A DNA stretch of 64,000 bases from Pocillopora damicornis (taxonomy: Eukaryota). The stretch is from contig NW_020847620.1 of assembly GCF_003704095.1 (NCBI RefSeq), positions 1 to 64,000 of the forward strand. The letters are read 5' to 3'. This document shows, piece by piece, positions 31,574 to 44,575 of this stretch. The notes below the pieces were generated by a model that was not told the DNA's origin, did not search any database, and saw only the letters and a program-made list of their open reading frames with translations. Both the position numbers and the translations under genes were made by a program. Within the stretch, counting starts at the first letter, position 1. Each line of letters starts with the position of its first letter.

Positions 31574-31590
31574 TGACGTCATATGCAAAT
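31574..31590. promoter_or_regulatory. Adjacent CRE and octamer upstream of CaML-5
   Basis: TGACGTCA 31574-31581 and ATGCAAAT 31583-31590, about 170 bp upstream of the ATG exon. Confidence 0.45.
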
Positions 31591-34500
31591 AGGTCCTCTA
31601 AAAGCCGATGAGGACACAAAAAGATACGAGCCCAGCACATTCCCTATAGAACCTAAAGTACAAATGCTAACGGAGCTAAAATTGATCGAGAAAAAGAAAT
31701 TTCAGGTTGCAGCGATCAACATATGTGAAAACAGTAAAATTGTAGCGGAAATCACACTCACTTTTTTTAAAATTCCCTAACGGTATTTTGTAGTCTTCAA
31801 AAATGATTCTTTGAATCTGCGAAATTTCCAGCACTTTCCCTCGATCTCTGATGCAATGAGTTCTCTTAATATAGATTATATGCCTCTAATAAAATAAATA
31901 GAGTAGTAAAGTGATTATCTCTTAATTAATCGATTGCTTGCGCTGTTTTAAAAATGTTAGCCGGGCTGCCATACTCGATCTTGTCACAGAGAAGTGGCCC
32001 GTGGCATTGAGAGGATTAGTTTCAGAACTTAAAGACTGCAATGTGCATTAGTTTGCGAAAAAAAAAGAAAAAAAAAAGAAAAAGAAAGAAAAAGAAACCT
32101 TGATGGATCGAACTTATTCGTTCTTAAAAGTACTTATTAGTAAAGTATGTTGTAACCTCTATTTTTAAATAACGTATGCCGCTGTTTTACTTTATCCTCG
32201 GTTCAAAAATATTTCCCTTTGTTCCTGCATTCATGCGAATTGTTGTAATGAGTAGGAAGTGAGTTAAATCAAAAAGTAGTACAATAACGATGAAAAACTT
32301 CGAGGACACTTGTCCACGATTGCAACTTTCCTTTGAAATTTTAAAATGTTCTGCTTGATGGTTATTTTTGTTGTGTTACTCACTAGACAAGGGGTGTAGT
32401 CTGGGAGAGTAATATTTCCTAAATAGTATCCCGGCACTTGCACTACAGAAAGTAGAGTTACTCAAGAATAATTGTTATAGCTTTTCCGCATTTAAAAATG
32501 CGGTGTGAAGCAAGACAGCGTTGACATGTGATGCCAAGTTGAGATAGGATGTCACACAGGTCACGCTTTGCCGACAATCGACTGAACACTCAAGGATACG
32601 AAGTAAATATGCAAATTGACGGAAAGAGGGGAAACGAAAGGACACCGAAAACAGCTAAACAGGCGGGTAATTCAAAGGAAAGCTAATTTATGTGACAGGA
32701 CATCCAGTCCTCTAATTATTTATTGAGCCGAGGTCACGTCCCTAAACGTTTTAGAGTTTATCATGACAAAGTCGCTGTGCAATGTCACAGAGCAAGAGAA
32801 GGACATTAATAATTGACATTTTAAGTAGACTTTTATCGATATCTGTGATGTTATTTCTTAGTCAGAGCACTATTTTTGACAATCCTACAAGTAAATTGTT
32901 TAAACCAAATTGCTATTGCTAGTTTGGGAATAATCTAGCTGGTTAAAGCTCACAGTCTCTGATACAGAAAAGTCAATATCTAAAAGGAATTATTACGACA
33001 TCAAGCTTACCAGATTGGTTTTGACTTGCACCGATAGAGCTGCCATTTCACTGCCGTTTCATAGGTATTCGACCGTACGTGTTAAAATTGACGGTTCTTG
33101 TGCAAGGGAGTGACGGGCAAGATAAGTCGAATGTTTACAGCGGAAGGCCTTAACACGTCACAAATCCATCCTAAGAATAGCATGCCACCGAAGTATTTTC
33201 GCGCGTCTCAAGGGAGAGTAATTAAATCCTTTGATATCGCGTATTTTTGGACAGTACGTAGTTAAGGGCCTGGGTCGAGTATATTTATGCGAGTCTTGCC
33301 TCCAGGTAAGACTAACCAACGAAAATCGCAGAAGAGAAAAAGCGTTTTTTCTGGCAGTTTGGCTACTTTTGTCTAGCTTTCTTTTCTTACAAAAAAAGAA
33401 AAAAAAATCCTTAGAAATACCATTAGTTGTACGATGGAGCTTCGTCAGAACAACACTTCAGAAAATGTCGAGAGTTGTGTGACTAAACAGAACCGTTGAT
33501 CGCGAGACTGAGAAAATAGAGTTTTAGTCTAAACTAAAAGAGGGAGACCTCTTTTGGAAATTATAAGCAATTAATTCCACGAAAAGGAATTTTTAAAGGT
33601 ACATTCTTAACTATGTCAATTAAAAAAATTAACAACAACAACAACAACAAACCGGAAAACGAGCGAACATGCGTACATACATGCAAAAACGCATCGAATG
33701 CGTTTGCGCCATGGAAACCTTTGACCCAAACATGTGGTTTTTATTTTCTATGTCCCTTAACGATCCATCGCTTTAGTCCACCCAACTACAAAAAATTCAA
33801 CATGTCTTGATTTTACCCTATCGAAAGAGAAAAGAAAAGAGAACATTTTTTTCATATCTCTTTGCAAGTAGGAAAGTTGTGCATCGTAAACAACCGCCTT
33901 TTCCCAAAATTTCTATTACGTTTGAACCCTGCCTATTGTATTTCTTTCTGTATAAAGATAATTACCCGCCTAATTCAAAACTATATTTAGCGAATTTCTG
34001 CATTCTAACTCAGGTAAACAAGTTGACTAATATAGTTTTTAAGTCGGTCAGTGCTATCGTTTATGTATGACGTTTATACTTTTGCCAAAAACTTAGGGAT
34101 TTTCGTTTGCCTTTGAATTGTTCAAAACTATAAAAACCTAGCTTGTGTTTGCTCCAAATTCACAGCAGCACTGATTGCTTCAATGCCTCGAGGTATGTTT
34201 TGGTAATGCTTGTACTGATTAATGTTTAGCTTATTATTACTATACACAATGATTCGCGATCAATTAATAAATTCCAATCATTTTTTTCTGTTCCTTTATT
34301 GGATGTTTCCGTGAACGCATTTGCTGTAGTAATCTTATATTCGCGGAAGACAGACTTTCTAAGGTGGCCTACGTGTATCCTGATATTAGATGTCAAGGGT
34401 AACGGAACAAACAAAGTCAAACATGAACTTCCAGCTGGACTTTTAATGAAGGGTTCTGCTTGGATAATGATATCATTGAACTTTGAAGTCCGCCAGTGCT

Positions 34501-35038
34501 AATTTCCAATTGTTTTGTTTTCCTAAACAAGCTCTATTCATTGGTGGTAAGCCACAGAATCTTGTTACAAGCTCTCACGCAACTACTCGTATACTCTTAC
34601 AATTAAGGTGCCTATTCTGAAAACAGGTCGTCGACATTTGCAAACAAGAAGGTACGTTTCAATGGTATTTCGGAATTTTCCGGCTGTGTTACAAAGCAAT
34701 TATCGATGTCATGTAGTGATAGCAATCTCGAGAAAAACAAATCTTGAGGGAATCTATTTTGGTAAAACCTAAAAAGCTCCTTTTCTTTGACAGGGGTCAA
34801 GATCAAATCTTCAGCTCTGTCAAGATGCAACGTATGATGATCTGCACGAGATGAGTGGACAGAGACAGAGACAGAAAAAAATGCACGCATAGCTTTCAAA
34901 TTTGGCAAAGGAAAGACGTCGAAGCAAACGACTAGAGTGAACGATTCAAGCAGAGCAAAATCTCAAGGACAAGGACGTTTTCACCGTCAATTCTGAGAAA
35001 CAGAAGGTCTGTTTTTTTTTTATATGTAATCGGCAAGG

Positions 35039-35338
35039 ATGCCCTCTTCGAACTTAAAGACCAGCTTAGAAAATGCGGCTTTCTTTCTGCGATTATCAAA
35101 GATCGGCTCTTCAAGACAAAGCAGGGAACAGCAATTTGCCAAATTATCCAGCTCAAGATTCAACGAATTGACAGAACTGTACAACGAACACGCTCCGCGA
35201 CACAACAAGGCAAAAATTGACAAAGTAGCCCATTTATTAGTGCAGATATTACAAGTTCAAGAAGTCCAAACTGTTAAGGAGTATACCATGAACGGATATA
35301 CATTTAAGGTTCACGTTCTGGAGGACACGGAACTATGA
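35039..35338 (+). CDS. Uncharacterised 99-aa intronless protein, paralogue of 39213-39518
   Basis: ATG-to-stop ORF; the last 34 aa are 20/34 identical to the 39213 ORF with aligned stop codons. Confidence 0.75.
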   Translation: MPSSNLKTSLENAAFFLRLSKIGSSRQSREQQFAKLSSSRFNELTELYNEHAPRHNKAKIDKVAHLLVQILQVQEVQTVKEYTMNGYTFKVHVLEDTEL

Positions 35339-38300
35339 CATGCGGAGAATTGGGACATCATCTTGCAATAAGGAATTTACGGCATAGTTGTATATACGTT
35401 CAGGACAACAATGGCGATTTGAAATTAGGACATTGCACCGATATCGGCGACATTGATAACAAAAGAAATGGGGGAGGATAAAGTTTGCAGACAAGAAATG
35501 ATAGTTGTTTGCGGTTTACAATAAGAAGAGTATCATAAGGCCTTTTAACCCTGCAGACTGAGTGATTGATATCAAATGGAACCCTGAATTTTTCTCGCAT
35601 TAATACTCTCTGGAAATATACTGATGTAACCACTTTGTCACGCCACTTCTGGTTATCATCAGTCAAAAAAAAAGACCCCCCCCGAAAAAACTGTAACCTT
35701 CAATTGTTACATATCTACTCCATGTAAATGTGGTAAAACGTTTCTTTAATTCAAGTGAACCTGTCATCTACAACACAACGGTGTTGCTTCAGGAAACAAA
35801 ACATACGGCAGCGCTTAAGTCAAGGAAAATACAAGGTCGAGTGGATTTTGACTGTGGTATGCGAATGTACACGCTACAGATGGTTTATGTTTCAACTTTG
35901 ACCTTCTCAAACAAGCTCTGTTTAAGCTGTCATTAGTAAGAAATGTAGCTCATTCTCGTATTTGTTTGTGCGTGTGTGTGCGGGAAGAGACGAAACTTTT
36001 TGCATCAATCTGTTAAAGAACCTATGCTTAACAGATTAAGCCTATAAGATAATGGTGAGTTTCAATTATATGATAACTTGTGCATCTCGTTTCCACAGCT
36101 CGATTCTCTTTAATATTTTCCAAAACGATTTTTGAGAAAAAGTTAAAAGGTGCTGCTCGTGTCAGCATTCCCTCTTGAGTAAAGATATCTCCCCAACGCA
36201 AGCCTTTCTCCGACGAGAAAACTCGGTTAAATAAAAAACGTTGAGACCTTGATTGAAAAGTTTGCGGCAACCCTTGGTTCCAAACTGAAATTTGTCTGTT
36301 ATCAAACGTTATGCTTAATACGGTATTTCAAAGATGCAAGTCATCCTATCCAGAGACTTGGAGACTTATCGGTCACTTTTGATAAACTTTCCAAAGGCTT
36401 AAGGGTCCTTAAAGCAATCTAAAAATCCATATGGTGGATCTTAAAAGTTGTGTTATCATTGCGATATGACATGACGTAAAGCGTGACCTGTTTTTCGTTT
36501 CAGTCCTTCACGCGATGTACCGTAAACTGCCTTTCGTCAGCTGACTCGCCCCAGTCGACTTGAGTTGAGTCAGATTCATAAGAACTGACTGAACAGATCA
36601 GTTATTTTAAAACGGAACTCTCATTTGCCACGACCGGTGTGATTGGCCCAAACTCCTGCAGGAAGCCCTAAACATTATGAGTTGCCATTAATGCTCGTTT
36701 TTCTTAAGATGCGCGTGAATACAAATTTCTTCTTGGACCAGCCAGAAACAGACCAGAGCTATAATTAAAGTGTATATCGTGCTAACGTCGAAAAAGATGT
36801 TTTGAGAGTATGGGATAACTTGCTCCCGCTCATTGTGAAAAGGTTTTAATAATGGATTAACCAGAAATGGAGAAGCAAATCTTAACTTAATGATGTCCAT
36901 TTTCAAGAAAATTTAACAGAGAAGAGAAAAGGTCATAATCTCTTGTTATTTTAAATAATAGCTGAATAATTCTCTTCTGGCTGAATGTGACGGCACTCAG
37001 TTCCAATGGAGACGTTTTTAGGATTTGATAGATAGCAAGAGATTTATATTCTCTTGTAAATAGTTATGTTTAACCGATGCCTTGCACTGTCATAATGAAA
37101 AATAACACAATGAGATTTCGTTAATATGCATGCCAAATAGGGATTATTATTTACTATTAAATTCTTCTAACTAACATCCTGAGAATTATGTGGTAGACAG
37201 TTAGAAGAATAAGCAATAAGATCTGAAAGAGTGAAATGGTAAAATAGCCAGACATAATAAGACGAAGGCGGAATGTCTGAAATTGCAATTGCCAGTAGGT
37301 CTTCTACAAAACATTACCGAGAATCGAAGGATGTTATATCATTGAGCGAAAACATACTTTCTGGAAGAAGGCCGAGCACTCGCTCTTTCACTAGGGAACT
37401 ATAGTAATATTATTTACCTTTCACAACGAACGAGGAAGAAAAAATATGTCGTAGAGTAGGGATTCAGTAAATAAAACCTAGCAAACATTAAAGTGGATTG
37501 AGTTCAAAATCAAGGGCTTTACGCAAGAGATTTATTCTTGTCAGGGATTCCCACCGTGAACCGTAATCCTTAATCGGGTAGATGGGCGATATTTGACGTC
37601 AATAACATCACATCCGTCATAGTTAAACTCCTTCTAACCTCTTCGAAATTCTTAGACATCTTCTCCTTTTTTTTTTTTTTTCCCTCTTGTTAATTTAGTG
37701 GGAGGGGCGTTCAATATATCTATACAGTGCACCCCTCTCGCCCCCCCCCCCCCCCCCCAACTGTCTTAAACATACAAACGTCCTTCTGTAAACTTTAAAT
37801 TTAGAGCCAAAGTTTCCCGAATGAAATGCCTGATCAGATGAAACTTCCTGAAACCACCAAGATTAAGGGTGGGTATGCATGAAACTTAAATTTCCTGTTC
37901 AGTTTAAAATTAGTGATTTCAAGAATGGTTGGGAATTCAAATTTTGGATAAGGGTCCCAGTGTTAGAATGCTCTGCTGTGCGATCTCCGTGTACGACTTT
38001 TAGTGTCAAGGTTTTTCTTTCCTTCTTTCTTTTGAAATCGTTTCATTATTCTTTCCCGGCACAAAGAACAGAGCTCCTCGGGAGAGGGAGAATTTTTCAG
38101 ATTCTTGATAGGGGTGCAACACCAATTTTTTTTTAAATCCTGACTCCGTTTTCGATCGACAAATGCCATCTTCAACACAAAAGATCAAGAACAAACCACA
38201 AACAACGCACGGTGTTCCTTGATCATCGTCTTCATTACTTCTGCAAAGTACTTTCTTGAACTTTTTATACGGAGAAGTATACCTCCACCCCTCCCTTGAA

Positions 38301-39212
38301 ACATCGTAAGACGTGTCCGACTGCATGGCCGGTCTGTTTATTTCACTTTTAACCTTTCCTCCCTCCCCTTACCCCCCTATAATGAGGCGCAAAGTGATAT
38401 TTGCATTTAGATTCTTATCATCATAATCCAGCAAGGAAAAGGACTCATATTGGGTCAGCTACTTTGAGTTTGCCCGGCTGCGACACGTACATGTTTTGAA
38501 ACAAACACGATTTCGTATGAATCAAATTTAGACACAGAAAAGAAATTCTAAATTTGATACCTATAAGACGCGTACACCTTAATCCGGTTAAAGTCATTTA
38601 TTTGGGTATTTTTAGAATAAATGCAATAACAATAAGGCTTATCTCTTTCATATTTCTATCCCTTAAATATATTTCCCTTGTCTGATAAGCTTTTTCATAT
38701 TTGCCGATAAGCGAAAAAAAAAATTTGCATTCATCTCGAAGCGTTGCGAGTTAACACAGCTTCATTGCATTGTTCGCGCTTGCGGTATTTCGAAAGCTCT
38801 GTAGCCAGTTTGGTTAAATTGCGGCTTCTAATCTACAGCCTGGTGTGGTCGGCAAAAAATTCCCTTCAACCCTTAGCTGTCACTCGTGGAATGCTGATTG
38901 ATCGGAGAAAACTTTTTAAGACCTAAAAATATTCAAGGGTGTAGTATATGATCATTATAATGATGTGATTACATGGCGATCGTAGATAAAATTTCCGTGA
39001 AAGTCGCTTATGCAAGCAGCAAGGGTAGAATTATTCTTCAAGTGAATCTTTGTTCTCTCGTGGAACGAATCTAGCCCGATACAGAACAGTAGACAAAGAC
39101 GTTGGGAAAAAAGGAGAAAAGAGACATCTTTCAACGACGAGGACTCGATTACCAAACAATTACAGCAATTAGATCTCGTTCAATTGAGTAACAGTTAATC
39201 CTGAAGGTTGCT

Positions 39213-39518
39213 ATGGAAAATTCAAAGGCCCAACACGATGCTATATCAAGAGTCCAAACAAATCTGGATAAAATCCTTCAAGAAACAGAGTGTGCCCTGA
39301 GAAAGAGCAAAACAAATTACCTGGACAGTGAAGAGGAACAAAAACTCAAGGAGAAAAAGGCTTTGGCGGAAGCCGGACTGAGGCGAACTACATCGAAATT
39401 CGAAATGGTCAACGTTTTGTTGCAAATTCTTCACAAACAAGAAGAATTAACGGTAGAGGAGTATACGATCGACAATAGCACGTTTAAGGTTCTTGTTATC
39501 GAAGACACAGAATTTTAA
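39213..39518 (+). CDS. Uncharacterised 101-aa intronless protein, paralogue of 35039-35338
   Basis: ATG-to-stop ORF; helical charged N-part and a shared C-terminal LQIL..QE..TV.EYT....TFKV.V.EDTE(L/F). Confidence 0.78.
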   Translation: MENSKAQHDAISRVQTNLDKILQETECALRKSKTNYLDSEEEQKLKEKKALAEAGLRRTTSKFEMVNVLLQILHKQEELTVEEYTIDNSTFKVLVIEDTEF

Positions 39519-41592
39519 CTCTTGGACTGAAGAATTATTTTTAACAACCGCCGTTTCTACATTGGAATGACGAACAGCATCGCTGGGGAGTTTTAATTGT
39601 TAAAAGAGTCTTTCACAGCGGTTTACGAACGTTAAAAATTGAGGCAGAGTCCAAAATTTCCTCAGTAAAACATAAAGATGGTTGTAAAACGGAGAATCTC
39701 ATAGGACAAATTCAATGATTTAGAAACTAAAGATATTTTTCTGACGGACAGCATTCTTATTTGGTGGCCCAGGTATGAATATTACCCATTAGCAGATCAG
39801 ACATGACAGCCGGCGTGATATTTATCTTTACGGATTTGCCGGAATTATACATAAGCTGTTACTCCTACGGTAATGTCAAAATGTGCATTGAAAAAGACCG
39901 ATGATTAATCTTGACTGAAACTAGTCTAATAATGACATATCCTTTAGAGGAATATATAGGCAATATTGATCAACTTTGTAATTTTATAAGTCAGAGGTAT
40001 TATAAGCTTATCGATGGACGCACAGAAAACTCTTTATCAACGGGGAGCCAGTTTTTTTCCTAAGTTATGGAGGAAAAGCTCTTTATGGGGTTTGAGCATA
40101 CATTCATAATCCTTCTGATTACTACTATCAAATAATTTTGTCTGAAAGTCAAAATAATCCTCACTTTGTTGTTAATTTCTTGGTATGATAGATAAAAGAC
40201 TTCACTGGAAATATTTAAAGTTGTCGACTAAGAGACCCATGAACGGTTCTTGGAGTCTCACAAGCTCTAAGCAACATTTCTCTACCTGCTAATGCCTCAA
40301 TGAATCGTTTTTGTTAATTCATCTAAAGTGAGAACTCAGAAAATTCACTGAAAAACTGCTAAGTTTCATGACCGATGGAACGACTCTCCAACGGAATCCA
40401 TCGACCATAACCGATTTTCCTACCATCGTGCCCAAGAAAAGGTATACAGAATTTTTTCCAACGAAGCCTTACCAAGAGGGGTGAAATCAGCAGTCAGTTG
40501 CTTGTCACTGGATCTGCTCAAAAAAGAAAAGAAAATACTCGTATTGCGAAGTTTTGCAAACAATTAAGCGGATTCGCAGATGTAAAAGATACCATTGACA
40601 GCCGGGTGGGCTAAAACTTCTAATTGGGGATTAGAACTCTTGTCTTCGTTGGGCCTTGGTGGTATGTCAGTGTTTTTCGAAGAGCTTGTCCGGTTTTCTA
40701 GTTAGAAAATTTGAAGTCTGGATAAGGTAAAAGAAAGACAATACATGCTTAGATACCGCGGAAGGTTTGAGAGAATCAGCAAATTTGCATACTCCAATTC
40801 ATGCTACAAAAACGAAATCCCTAGGTATCCCCTGAATTCGAGAAACGCGAAGCCTGATCGAATACTCCCCACCTAAAACTTGGGAATAAAGATGATATTC
40901 ACTGAGAGATATTCCTTAACTTTCTGCTGACACGCTTTTCGTGATTTTGATATTTCTGATTTAATTTGTTTTAGCCGGACTATATCTCTCAAATTAAAGA
41001 AACAAAAGATTATGAGATGAAATTCATTGTCGAAAGAGCTGTGTGAAAGAAATTAAATTGCTCTAAGATATGCCCAAATGAGATTGAACGAGATTCAAAG
41101 GGATTCGGTATAAGGGTGCGTCATTATGTGTGGTGTTTTTGAGTTGACAGCTCAACTGAATGTTGTCACATTGATAATTCATAGGGAGAAGAACAGCAGT
41201 CAACTCCAAAGCGGATTGAGGCTAAGTTCTAGCAGATGTTCAAACAAAAGTCATATCATTAACGCAAACGAAAAAAAATAAATAAATAAAAAGGAGAGTT
41301 TTTAAGTAGTATTCAATTGAAAGGACGTCCTATACGTATACAAATGAGCAATTTCGCTAGAAGTAATAAATTATTGATAGCTTAGTTTTGATTGCTATCC
41401 AATAGCCATAGTAACTAATGATGTAATTATAGCATTCATTATGACTCTGGCCCCATCAAAACTCCTTTCATCTTCGCTGTAACACTGAAATAGAAATTGT
41501 CAAAATTCTGCCATGAAAGGTGTCACTACCCGGTTAATGGTAACAGCTATGATATAGTTTCTCTTAAGACTCTTAACGACAATTCTTTCCTG

Positions 41593-44135
41593 ATGGCGTT
41601 GAAAGAGGTCTTTCTGGTATCACTACTTCTTTGGTTATTGCCAAAATATGGTTTCGTGAGTGGTATGTCACTTTATACACTTATGTAGCTCTTGCGATGA
41701 TGTCCAAATGTAAGAGAAGTGATCAGAACACTAGTTGAGTGGCGATGCGATAGGCGAAATAGCCTCCTAGAAACTACTGTTGCATCAAATAATTATAAGT
41801 ATTTGAGAAAATTTTGAACTTCTAAAATTATGATTTATATTCATTTTAATGAGTTTGTGCAAATTTTTGGTTTGTTTTATGGTATTTGTTTGTTTGAAGG
41901 CAAACCAAGTAAAAGGTCCAGAGACAGTTCTCTCTCATGTCCGTCTTTAAGGAGTTTAGGGCTTATTTAGTCTAAAAGTTTCTTTAAAATATACGGCATT
42001 TGTGTATAGCCACACGAATTGCAACGACCAGCAATCAACCTTGACAAATTAAAATCCCTCAATGGGAAATTAAGAAGAAACAAATTAAGATACACTTGTA
42101 GTTAGTGACAGTAAAGATCCTCATCAAATATGTTAATTAGGAATTGAATTCCTTTGACGTTGTCGTGGCAACTCGACTGTTCGTGTTGTCACTTGGTCAC
42201 GTGAACTTCATTTACATTTTTCTTTTCTGCATTTTCTTTCATTTTTACAATTTTTTGCTTTCCCACGGGATAACATCACACAGACTGCAGTATTTGTGGG
42301 AAACTTACCCTTAAAGCATCAGTTTTCCAATGATAATTGCATTCTTTCATTTTTCAAGATATTTGCAGAAGTCTCCGATTTACAAATGCTAAATCTGGTG
42401 TTGCACTTTCAAACCACGTGATTGTGGATTTCAAAGTTGAAGACGAGGAGCATTGCCAGCTGAAATGTTACATGGAGAAGACTTGCTTCTCTTACAACTA
42501 TGGTCCCTCCTTGGCCAGAGTACATGGCTTCACTTGTGAACTGAACGACGTAGATGCATCATCCCACCCAGACGATTTACAACCTCGAGACGGGTTCGTG
42601 TATCAAACAGCTCAGGTAAATATTATCATTTCTTCAAATCAATTTTGAGAATAGAGGACGAGGGCGGAAGAGTAAAGTTTGGAACTGTGTTTGTCAGGAA
42701 TGAAATCTAACATTGTATTTTATCTCAGTGGGCTTTATATTGTATAGTCTGCTTTTGCTCAACGTAGCTGTCCTTAAGACTAAGAAATAAAAATAGAGCG
42801 CAGTGAGACAGAAAGTAAGAACAGAGGACGAACTCTTTTCCTCGTGTGGTTTTGACAGGAAATGTGTGGTGATGTTTTCTGCCCTTCATATGCTGTTTGC
42901 CAACGGGACAGTTCCAATAGACAAAGATGCTTTTGTAAGCCTGGAGTAACTCAAGAGAATTGTGAAGGTTTGATTACACTTGTTACAATTTTTTCAAACA
43001 AACAAACAAAAAAATAATGAAATACCCAATCATTTAAACGGTATATCGATAGATCACCAAATATCGAACGCGTGATCGCGTTAGACCTCATCAATCGATC
43101 GATCGATCAATCAGCCCCCATCAGCAAATCTCTTAACCCGTTGACCCCCAAGAAGGATTTTCATCCAATTTACCCTTACGATATTACCGCTTAATCACAC
43201 ATTTAGGTTATAATAATAAATGAAATGATCACCAGATAAAGAAGCTCTTGATCGGTAAAAAATTCTTTACGTCAGCACCTTAGCTAATGTACAGAGTTTT
43301 AAGTAAGCCCTGAGATGCGATCCCTTTAAGAGACACAGTGATCTAACTATTGAATGAAAGTTTACTTTAGGATGTGAAAAGTATGCTTATGAAGCAATGT
43401 ACCAAACGCCAAGCCACAAACAAGCAGTCAGTAAATAAAACAAAATCGCACTAACATATGCTGCATTCTCCTGTTTCAGCTGTAGGCATGAAAAACACTA
43501 CCGTCGTTAAATCTTGCAAGGAGGTTAAGCGCCTAATACCTAGTTATCCAACAGATGTTTACTGGATTAACCCAGATGAGGATAACCCAAATGCTTTCCA
43601 AGCGTATTGTGATATGGAAACTGATGGCGGCGGCTGGACTCTTGTTTACAGCTATACTTTCACTGATTACAACAATTTCCTGAGTGACACCAATGCCGTA
43701 ACTCCAATCCCCAACTGGCCTTTCGTGTCGCAAACCTCGTCTTTGACGAAGGTGCCTCTAAGTGAGACAGATTTTGGAGCTATGAATTTCAGTCTTTGGA
43801 AATTATTGGGAAGTGAATTTCTTATCAAATCCAACATCAATAACTGGATTGCGTGCATGCCGGCTGAAGGTAGTTTGGTTGAAAGACTTAAAGGAGATAT
43901 TACCTGCAGAATGATAAACGGTTGGACTCAAAAATGTGCTGATGTTGTGCCAGCTATAATTGGAATTAACGAATGTGGTGTAAAGCTGAGAGCTGACAGG
44001 GATGTACGGAGTTTGGTTTATTTCTTCGATATCTGTACAGGTTCCATGGCACCCATCCACGATCCATGTGGAACTTCTAAAGCTAATCAGATCGAAGGAG
44101 TAAAAAACCCTTATGGAACTATTTTCGTGCGTTGA
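41593..44135 (+). CDS. Secreted PAN/apple + EGF-like + fibrinogen-related (intelectin-like N-terminus) protein, ~363 aa
   Basis: Exons 41593-41662 (signal peptide MALKEVFLVSLLLWLL), 42359-42615 (CQLKC..CFSYNY..CELN PAN pattern), 42859-42967 (6-Cys EGF-like), 43480-44135 (KSCKE..YWINP..AYCDMETDGGGWTLV); 1092 nt in phase. Confidence 0.9.
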
Positions 44136-44164
44136 CTGGTAAACGCATCAGTTTTTAGTTTCTT

Positions 44165-44575
44165 AAGACAAAATAAAACAAAACAAAACAACAACTAATT
44201 GAAAATAAACATTTAACAACAAAGCCAAAACACTAAAAAAAAGCGAGTGTACAAATATAAAAAGCAAAAAATGAACACACACAAGAAGCAAAACGAAGTT
44301 ACGAGGTGAACTAGTGCGAAAGGAAAGAAAACAGGAAACAAAACCAAAAACAAAACAAAACAAAACAAACGAAAGAACAAAAAATAACCAAAACAAAATA
44401 ATATAAACTAACAGACAAAAAGGAGGGGAGAAAAAACGGAAAAGAGAGCCAAGAAGACTTAACACAAGTAAGAAAAAAAATACAAAAACAAAAAAAAAAG
44501 AAACATTGTAGAAAATTAAAAAAACCACAAACAAACAGACCAAAAGAATACAACAACGATAACATACACCGAAAA
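44165..44575. repeat. A-rich low-complexity tract
   Basis: (CAAAA)n-like composition. Confidence 0.85.
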
